Of a stretch of DNA of 64,000 bases, positions 54,312 through 61,349 are shown piece by piece. How positions within the stretch are numbered: position 1 is the stretch's first letter; the number at the start of each line of letters is the position of its first letter. The translations under genes and the position numbers were made by a program. This DNA comes from Candidatus Saccharimonadota bacterium (lineage in GTDB: Bacteria; Patescibacteriota; Saccharimonadia; Saccharimonadales; UBA4665), in the NCBI GenBank assembly GCA_020427985.1, contig JAGQNR010000001.1, forward strand, positions 89,784-153,783. The letters run 5' to 3'. The notes beneath the pieces are model-generated. The model was not told the origin of the DNA and made no database searches. It saw nothing but the letters and a program-made list of their open reading frames with translations.

Positions 54312-54388
54312 TGGTGGAGATACGGGGACTCAAACCCCGGACCTCAGCGCTGCCAGCGCTGCGCTCTAATCAACTGAGCTATATCCCC
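54312..54388 (-). tRNA. tRNA-Ala (anticodon GGC), CCA encoded
   Basis: GGGGATA acceptor with G3:U70. Anticodon stem CAGCG/CGCTG with loop CTGGCAG. T-arm CGGGG-TTTGAGT-CCCCG. 3' ACCA. Confidence 0.9.
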
Positions 54389-54477
54389 ATACATTGTTAA
54401 AAGTTCACTCTACTGACCCAGAACGAATATCGTAGAAGTTGCCAAGAGCGCAACACACTATTTTCGCTGAAGGCTCC

Positions 54478-54497
54478 TCAACTGAGCTATATCCCAC
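54478..54497 (-). other. tRNA-Ala 5'-half-like fragment
   Basis: An 18-nt identity (TCAACTGAGCTATATCCC, 54478-54495) with tRNA-Ala 54370-54387. No matching 3' acceptor or T-arm follows. Confidence 0.4.
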
Positions 54498-54608
54498 CAT
54501 TGCTTTTAATATAGGTTGCATAGCAGTTTTGAACGAAATTAGTGTATACCAAAAGACATATTTTTACCAGTGTGGTACTCGGTAGGACCGTGAGGTATAA
54601 TTTATCTT

Positions 54609-56240
54609 ATGCTTATACGACTTATTAAACTTGTGGGCAATTTATATTCATGGTCCTTGCCCCAAAAGCTCCTCATTGCATACCGCGACCATGGCAGCTC
54701 AATTAGTAAGTACTTAAAATGGTTCTGGACAACTAAAACACTTGAACCAGCCCATCGGCAGCTTCGGTCAGCCGATTATCCTATTGTTGCCTTACTGCTT
54801 GGGATTTTTGCATCGAGTATTATTGCCGCTGCGTATCTTTTGACAGAGTGGGTGCGACATGCTACCCCTGGCTCTTTGCCGTTTGCACTGGCGCTCCTGT
54901 TGGCCTATCCAGTGCTCATGGCACACCTGCTTGCAGTGGCGGCATGTATGAAGCGAGGGGTGTACTTTGCTACTCACCCTAAAAAAGCTGGTCGCGAGCT
55001 CATTGCTACCATTCTTGAACGCCAAGTGCGCAAGCTACGGCATAGGCACAAGTTTACCGTCGTGGCGGTAAGTGGTTCGGTGGGCAAAACAAGCACCAAG
55101 CTCGCTGTAGCAGAACTGCTTGGTCAGACGCTGCGCGTGCAACACCAGGCCGGCAATTATAACGATCGTCTTACGGTGCCACTAGTGTTCTTTGGTCACC
55201 AGCAACCGGCACTGTTGAATGTTTTTGCTTGGTCCAGGCTCATTGGTGATGTTATTGCTCAAACCCAGCAGCCGTACCCTTACGATGTGGTTGTGGTAGA
55301 ACTTGGTACCGATGGTCCGCGCCAAATGCGCGAATTTGCTTATATTAAACCAGATATCACGGTTATTACTGCCATTACCCCCGAACATATGGAGTATTTT
55401 GGCACGCTGGATGCTGTGGCAGCAGAGGAGCTTGAGGTGTTTAGCTTCAGCAAACGTGTGCTGGTAAATGCCGACGATATTGCTGGCAAATATCTGCTTG
55501 GTAAAACCTTTGATGTCTACAGTATGACTACCAACGTGGCCGAGAATTACTATGCTAAAGTTACCAGGCCTACTCTACAGGGACAGACTATTACTGTCGA
55601 CATTCCCTCGGGCAAGCTGAGTGCGCACATTGCATTTGTTGGCTACCATGGTGCTAAATACGCGCTGGCAGCGACTGCGGTGGCCGATATGCTGGGATTG
55701 TCGCACGAAGATATTGCCGGTGGGCTTGTTAGGCTCACCCCCTTCCCAGGCCGCATGCAGGTGCTAAACGGCGTCAAAGATTCAATACTTATCGACGACG
55801 CATACAACGCCACGCCTATTGCCGCCAAAGCAGCACTTGATGTGCTTTATGCCGAGAAAGCACCTCAGCGTATCGCCATACTTGGCAGCATGAACGAGCT
55901 GGGCGATTATGCTCGCGAAGCGCATGTAGAAGTGGGTGACTACTGTGACGCCCACAAACTTGCCATGGTTGTGACGGTCGGAAACGATGCCAAGCGGTGG
56001 CTGGCACCCGCAGCCAAAGCTAAAGGCTGTACCGTCCATAGCTACATGAGTCCCTACGATGCTGGTAATTTTGTGCGTCAACACCTCAAAACAGGTGCCG
56101 TTGTTCTGGGCAAAGGTTCGCAAAATGGCGTGTTTGTCGAAGAAGCGCTTAAACAGCTACTAGCGCACCCGGCCGATGTTAGCAAGCTTGTCCGCCAGTC
56201 TCACAAATGGCTCCGCACCAAAGCAAAACAGTTTAACTAG
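54609..56240 (+). CDS. Mur ligase family protein (MurF-like) with N-terminal transmembrane extension
   Basis: 543 aa. Two or three TM helices, then P-loop AVSGSVGKTSTK, DDAYNATP and GSMNELGDYAREAH. TATAAT lies 7 nt before the ATG. Confidence 0.8.
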   Translation: MLIRLIKLVGNLYSWSLPQKLLIAYRDHGSSISKYLKWFWTTKTLEPAHRQLRSADYPIVALLLGIFASSIIAAAYLLTEWVRHATPGSLPFALALLLAYPVLMAHLLAVAACMKRGVYFATHPKKAGRELIATILERQVRKLRHRHKFTVVAVSGSVGKTSTKLAVAELLGQTLRVQHQAGNYNDRLTVPLVFFGHQQPALLNVFAWSRLIGDVIAQTQQPYPYDVVVVELGTDGPRQMREFAYIKPDITVITAITPEHMEYFGTLDAVAAEELEVFSFSKRVLVNADDIAGKYLLGKTFDVYSMTTNVAENYYAKVTRPTLQGQTITVDIPSGKLSAHIAFVGYHGAKYALAATAVADMLGLSHEDIAGGLVRLTPFPGRMQVLNGVKDSILIDDAYNATPIAAKAALDVLYAEKAPQRIAILGSMNELGDYAREAHVEVGDYCDAHKLAMVVTVGNDAKRWLAPAAKAKGCTVHSYMSPYDAGNFVRQHLKTGAVVLGKGSQNGVFVEEALKQLLAHPADVSKLVRQSHKWLRTKAKQFN

Positions 56241-56262
56241 AGTCGCGTAGTACAATAATACA

Positions 56263-56994
56263 GTGCAGATTATCGTAGACTCGGCGCCAATAGACTATTC
56301 TGATAAAGGAACTGGTAAAACTTTGGTTTTTTTGCATGGATGGAAAGACTCCAAGGCCACTTGGAAGCCACTCATGCACCATCTCGTGGATCAATATCGC
56401 TGTGTAGCGTTCGACCTCCCAAATTTTGGTGCAAGCGGGGAAAATGACGCTTGTATTACACCGAAACAATATGCTGAGCAGGTTGCTCTGGCACTCGAAA
56501 AACTCAATATTGACCACTACACTCTTGTTGGCCATTCTATGGGTGGTCAGATTGCTATGTATGGTGTTGGCGAAGGCATTTTGCGGCCCGTACATCTCAT
56601 ATTGATTGCTGCAGCAGGTGTGCGCCAAAAATCAGCAGCAAAAAAAGTGTTGCAGGTTGCGGCGAAATCTATAGGTGTTATGTTGCCATCCCAGGTGAAA
56701 AAGTGGTTTTATGCACTTATTGGGTCAGACTATGACCCTGGACTAAGCCCTGTGCTAAAGCGCGTAATTGCCGCTATGCTTAGCACTGATGTGACTGCGC
56801 AAGCGGCTGCCGTGAAAGTGCCAACGACATTACTCTACGGCGCCGAAGACACTGCTACGCCTCCTGCGTACGGCAAGCTACTCCACGAGCACATTGCAGG
56901 CTCACAGTACATTGAGGTCGAGTCTGCCAACCATTGGCTGCACAAGAGCGCGGCTAGCGACATAGCAACGATTGTTAAGAAAGTCGTGCAATGA
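56263..56994 (+). CDS. alpha/beta-fold hydrolase
   Basis: VFLHGW, nucleophile elbow GHSMGG, C-terminal ANHWLH. GTG start lies 6 nt after TACAAT. Confidence 0.8.
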   Translation: MQIIVDSAPIDYSDKGTGKTLVFLHGWKDSKATWKPLMHHLVDQYRCVAFDLPNFGASGENDACITPKQYAEQVALALEKLNIDHYTLVGHSMGGQIAMYGVGEGILRPVHLILIAAAGVRQKSAAKKVLQVAAKSIGVMLPSQVKKWFYALIGSDYDPGLSPVLKRVIAAMLSTDVTAQAAAVKVPTTLLYGAEDTATPPAYGKLLHEHIAGSQYIEVESANHWLHKSAASDIATIVKKVVQ

Positions 56995-58433
56995 AGTTTT
57001 GGTTATCTTTCTTTCACCCCAGAGCACCCATATTTCTCGTGTATATGCTACAGCAAGTGGAATATAGGGTGGCAGGGTTTCAGAAATGGGTAGATGTGCT
57101 CACTAACACAAACCATCCGCTCACATCGGTCATGAAGCGCCAAAAACTCGTTCCAACAACGAAAGCCAAGCTATTGGTCGGGCTAGGATATGGAGTCATA
57201 ACGCTCTGGGTGCTCCTGTTTACGGTGTGGCTGCTGGCAGGTGGCACGCCGATGATACTTTTTGTAAGAGTAGCACTTGGTCTATTGGCGTTGCCGGTCA
57301 GCTTGATACTAACCTATTTTTTAGTGGTAGGCTTGGCCGGTTTGGTATATACGAACACAGTAGAACGCAAACGCCTGGAATATTGTCGAGAATACCTACA
57401 GACATACTCAGGAAAGGTTATTGTGGTGGCTGGTAGTTATGGCAAAACCAGCATGAAAGAACTACTTTTGGCAACGCTCAGTGCACACTGTAACGTTGCA
57501 GCTACGTCAGGCAATGGCAACACGCCTTCTGCTCACGCAGCATTTATCCGCAGCCTCGAAGGGAACGAAGACTACCTCATTTTTGAGTTAGGTGAAGGTA
57601 AACCGGGTGATGTGCGGCGGTTTGCCGAGGCGTTACGTCCTGATTACGCTGTTGTCACCGGGCTCGCACCAAACCACCTCGACCAGTACGACTCAATTGA
57701 TGCACTTGCGCAAGATATGCTCTCTCTACGGCAGTATGTGCCGGCCAATGCGTTGTTTTTTGCGGGTGACTCGACAATATTGCGCGCGTATGTAGCTTCG
57801 TCAGATAGCTGTTATGACGAGCAGGGTGCTTTGAGCTGGCAGGTACAGCAGGTAGCTGTGTCGACAGAGGGAACACATTTTCGTCTGGTCAAAGGACGTG
57901 AGAAACTAGATATGAAAAGCCATCTTTTAGGTCGACACCAGATAGCTCCCATTGCTTTTGCTGTAGCCTTTGCACTTTATTGTGGTGTGCCACACCAAAA
58001 AGCTGCGCGTGCTATAGAGACCGTGTTTCCCTATGCTCATCGCATGCAACCATCAACGTTGTCTGGGGCAATACTCATAGATGACACATACAATGGCAAC
58101 CTCGAGGGCATGTTGGCGGGCTTAAGGCTTTTACAAGACTTGAAGGCTGAGCGCAAGATATACATTACCCCCGGGCTAGTTGACCAAGGGGCAGAAACAC
58201 AGCGTGTGCATCGACAAATTGCTGAGCAAATTGCAGCCACTCGACCAGATTGGGTGGTGCTTATGCAAAACTCGGCGACCGATATTATCACTTCAGAGCT
58301 ACAAGCACTCGGCTATGGCGGAAAAGTTACATATCAAAGCGATGCGTTGAGATTCTACCAAAATCTTAGTCAGTTCGTGCGAGCAGGCGATATAGTAATG
58401 ATGCAGAACGATTGGACAGATAATTACCACTAG
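56991..58433 (+). CDS. second Mur ligase family protein (MurF-like) with N-terminal transmembrane extension
   Basis: 480 aa. TM helices, then VVAGSYGKTSMK, IDDTYNGN and ITPGLVDQGAE. ATGA overlap with the hydrolase gene. Confidence 0.8.
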   Translation: MKFWLSFFHPRAPIFLVYMLQQVEYRVAGFQKWVDVLTNTNHPLTSVMKRQKLVPTTKAKLLVGLGYGVITLWVLLFTVWLLAGGTPMILFVRVALGLLALPVSLILTYFLVVGLAGLVYTNTVERKRLEYCREYLQTYSGKVIVVAGSYGKTSMKELLLATLSAHCNVAATSGNGNTPSAHAAFIRSLEGNEDYLIFELGEGKPGDVRRFAEALRPDYAVVTGLAPNHLDQYDSIDALAQDMLSLRQYVPANALFFAGDSTILRAYVASSDSCYDEQGALSWQVQQVAVSTEGTHFRLVKGREKLDMKSHLLGRHQIAPIAFAVAFALYCGVPHQKAARAIETVFPYAHRMQPSTLSGAILIDDTYNGNLEGMLAGLRLLQDLKAERKIYITPGLVDQGAETQRVHRQIAEQIAATRPDWVVLMQNSATDIITSELQALGYGGKVTYQSDALRFYQNLSQFVRAGDIVMMQNDWTDNYH

Positions 58434-58450
58434 CAGGGTATACTAGAGAG

Positions 58451-59614
58451 ATGAAAACAGTCGCTGTCTTTTTTGGTGGACGTTCTACCGAACACGATAT
58501 ATCAATTATTACTGCGCTAACCAGTATTATAAAACCACTCGAACTCACGGGTTTGTATAGGGTACTACCAGTGTATATCGACCGTAGTGGTAACTGGTAC
58601 TGCGACGAACGTTTAAGTCATATTTCATTTTTTAGGTCGAAACAATTTGAAAAAAACCTATCCCAGGTAAAACCAATAGGGGTAAAACTTTCAAATGGGC
58701 TTACGCTGCTTATGACGAGTCGAATCAAACAACGAGAAATCAGAGTCGATGTTGCATTTCCGGCGATGCATGGAACGTATGGTGAAGACGGGAGTCTAAT
58801 GGGCTTGCTTGAAATGGCGGGCGTACCGTATGTTGGGTGCAATTTGGCAGCGAGTGTAATCGCCATGGACAAAGTGCTTGCTAAGCAAGTTACGCAGACC
58901 GACAACATACCATCAACGCCATGGGTGTGGTGTACGGCTGCTGAAACAGCGCTGAATACCGACACAGTTATAGCGAGAGCCGAAGAGCAACTGGCGTGGC
59001 CTATGTTTGTGAAACCAGCACATCTGGGTTCGAGTATTGGTATAAGTCGTGTCACAAACAGGCTGGAGTTGCGCAATGCTCTCGAGGTCGCGACCCACTA
59101 CGATGACAAAATAATTATTGAGCAAGGGGTTGCGAACCTCGTTGAGGTCACTCTGCCTATTATGGGCAATGAAGCACCCCGACCAGCACTATTGGAGCGG
59201 CCACTCACTACGGCCAAGGACTTCTTTGACTTTGACACAAAGTACCTGCAGGGTGGTAAAAAAGGTGGCAAGGCTGGTGGCAAAACAGCAGGCGCGCAGG
59301 GCTACAGCGAACTACCGGCAGATATCCCCAAAACACTCTACGACAGGGCGATTGAGGTTGGGCTGGAGGTGTACCGTTCGCTTGGTTGCAGTGGCACGGC
59401 TCGAGTGGACATGCTCATAGATAGCAAAAAAGACGAAATATATTTTAACGAAGTGAACCCTTTGCCAGGTAGTTTGTATGCACATAATTGGCGTGCCGCT
59501 GGGGTGGCAGGTGTTGAGTTGGTTGAAAAGCTTGTCACACTTGCCGAGGAACGTCATGGCATACTCGCCAAACGTACCCGTATATTTTCGAGTAGTTTTC
59601 TGCAACAGTTCTAG
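58451..59614 (+). CDS. ddl: D-alanine--D-alanine ligase
   Basis: VAVFFGGRSTEHDISI, HGTYGEDGSLMGLLEMAGVPYVG, EVNPLPGS. Confidence 0.9.
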   Translation: MKTVAVFFGGRSTEHDISIITALTSIIKPLELTGLYRVLPVYIDRSGNWYCDERLSHISFFRSKQFEKNLSQVKPIGVKLSNGLTLLMTSRIKQREIRVDVAFPAMHGTYGEDGSLMGLLEMAGVPYVGCNLAASVIAMDKVLAKQVTQTDNIPSTPWVWCTAAETALNTDTVIARAEEQLAWPMFVKPAHLGSSIGISRVTNRLELRNALEVATHYDDKIIIEQGVANLVEVTLPIMGNEAPRPALLERPLTTAKDFFDFDTKYLQGGKKGGKAGGKTAGAQGYSELPADIPKTLYDRAIEVGLEVYRSLGCSGTARVDMLIDSKKDEIYFNEVNPLPGSLYAHNWRAAGVAGVELVEKLVTLAEERHGILAKRTRIFSSSFLQQF

Positions 59615-59699
59615 TACGATGCCTGGCGCTACAAACGGTATGCGCTACGCCAACTTGCTTATGCTGTACTAATTGCGACTTTTGCGCAAAAATAGTGCC

Positions 59700-61310
59700 A
59701 TGCCAGAGTACGGAAAAGATGGCTTTCCAACAGCCACACCAAATTATGATGAGATAAACTACATCTCTGACCGACTCGGTGCGACAATACTCATCGGCCA
59801 GTATGAACCCAACTACACGATTCTCGATACACTTGAGCTCGGTACTTATCAAATTGGCGAAAAATATATGGGCATACATGACCCAGTCTGGGGCGAGTGT
59901 TTGATAGGTGATGAGCCGTACGATGCTATGCTGCTACAGCTGGCACGGACGCCACTGTTTCGCCGAGCCCAGGCAATTGAACAGCTGACGCTCGGGCCAA
60001 ACTATGCCACCATGCCAAATGGCATGTACTTCTCACGCTGGCAGCATATTTGGGGCAGTCTGGCATTTGTCAGGAAAATGACTGAGGGCGATTCTCGGTT
60101 TGATCCGCGTGAGCGCATGGTACTGCAGCTCAGAACACTGTTGTCAGATGTCGGGCACACGGCCTTCTCGCACCTCGGAGATTGGCTGTTCCAGGGTACC
60201 AATGCCGGCGATGACCTCCATGACCAAGAGCTCAAAAGCCTGCTGGCGACGACCGGCATCAGTGCTATTTTGGACAAATACGGCTTTACGCTTGACGAAA
60301 CAGTATTTCCAGAGGTGAAAGATTGGGTTGAGTGCCCCTCTCCAAATCTTTGCGTCGATAGGGTTGATTATGGGATGCGCGAGCTGTTGCGCTGGAGTAA
60401 CCATTTCTTAAGACTGTACGAGTACAAATCCGAGCTCAGTAATCCGAAATCGCTTTTTGAAATTAATGACGATTTAGAGCTCGTTATCACCGACAAGCGG
60501 TTTGCCCAGAAGTTTGCCGCTGGCTACGGTATATTACCAACCGAGCACTGGAATCATCCTGTCCAAAATACCCAGCTCTATCTGCTTGAAAACGCGGTGA
60601 AAGGGGCACTGCTTGAGGGAGTGGCTCAGTTTGGGGAGCATCCGCGTGATGCTATGTTTGGTATTGATGCAGATTTTGAACAGTATTTTCGCACCTGGGA
60701 CGTCATGCACTTTGATAAGTTACTCAGAGACATTGCGCTGTCACAGAGGTATATCTTTACCACTGCTCGGCAGTATGACCTCGCAAGAGTGTTCTATCAA
60801 GAGACTGATGCATGGAGATTTCCAGAGTTTCCGCACCCGCTTGAGTCATACTCTTGGCAGTCAAGGGAGCACGGAGGACCATACGCGCCACAGATAGAAG
60901 TCGAAGAAGCCGAAGTGGCAGCTCATGCACTGCGCACCGTTGCGGCCGGTATCCAGGTCGATTTGCCCAGAAAAAAGCCGCGCTCAATCGACCCAGTTAT
61001 TAAACAAGAGCAAAAGTACCTGAGGCTGAGCGAGATAGATAGTACCTATCAGCAATATCTTGATGGGCAGCGCAAAGTTATGAGTATCTCGCACATGGCC
61101 ACAATTCTTGTGCGAAGTGGAGTTGCCAAGATTGTAGCGGAGAAATACGACCAGATTCAGGCAGATTGGGAACAAGCAGTGCAGCTGCCGAGAAGCCCCC
61201 GTGCTGTCGCCGAGCGCATTGCGATGACCATGCCGTTCGCCGCCGCAAGAAGCTTTGACTCAATCTACGAATCTGACGACAGAGATATTACTAAGCGAGC
61301 CAAAAGATAG
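59700..61310 (+). CDS. HD-domain-like protein with a degenerate HD dyad
   Basis: RWQHIWGSLAFV ... LRTLLSDVGHTAFSHLGD resembles the SAMHD1/dGTPase-type HD pattern, but it reads SD where HD is expected. ATG 59700 was preferred over TTG 59673. Confidence 0.6.
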   Translation: MPEYGKDGFPTATPNYDEINYISDRLGATILIGQYEPNYTILDTLELGTYQIGEKYMGIHDPVWGECLIGDEPYDAMLLQLARTPLFRRAQAIEQLTLGPNYATMPNGMYFSRWQHIWGSLAFVRKMTEGDSRFDPRERMVLQLRTLLSDVGHTAFSHLGDWLFQGTNAGDDLHDQELKSLLATTGISAILDKYGFTLDETVFPEVKDWVECPSPNLCVDRVDYGMRELLRWSNHFLRLYEYKSELSNPKSLFEINDDLELVITDKRFAQKFAAGYGILPTEHWNHPVQNTQLYLLENAVKGALLEGVAQFGEHPRDAMFGIDADFEQYFRTWDVMHFDKLLRDIALSQRYIFTTARQYDLARVFYQETDAWRFPEFPHPLESYSWQSREHGGPYAPQIEVEEAEVAAHALRTVAAGIQVDLPRKKPRSIDPVIKQEQKYLRLSEIDSTYQQYLDGQRKVMSISHMATILVRSGVAKIVAEKYDQIQADWEQAVQLPRSPRAVAERIAMTMPFAAARSFDSIYESDDRDITKRAKR

Positions 61311-61333
61311 ACAGGCAAAACTCTACGAGTACC

Positions 61334-61342
61334 TGCTATACT
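61334..61342 (+). promoter_or_regulatory. extended -10 (TGcTATACT) directly upstream of leuS
   Basis: TG at 61334-61335 and TATACT at 61337-61342. ATG 61350 lies 7 nt downstream. There is no SD and no room for a T-box leader. Confidence 0.45.
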
Positions 61343-61349
61343 AACAGAT

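Noticed and set aside
54395-54500. A possible complete second tRNA, perhaps intron-containing, upstream of tRNA-Ala.
   Set aside because: Only the acceptor 5' strand and the D-arm can be formed. No anticodon arm with U33, T-arm or complementary 3' acceptor strand could be found. It is kept only as a fragment.
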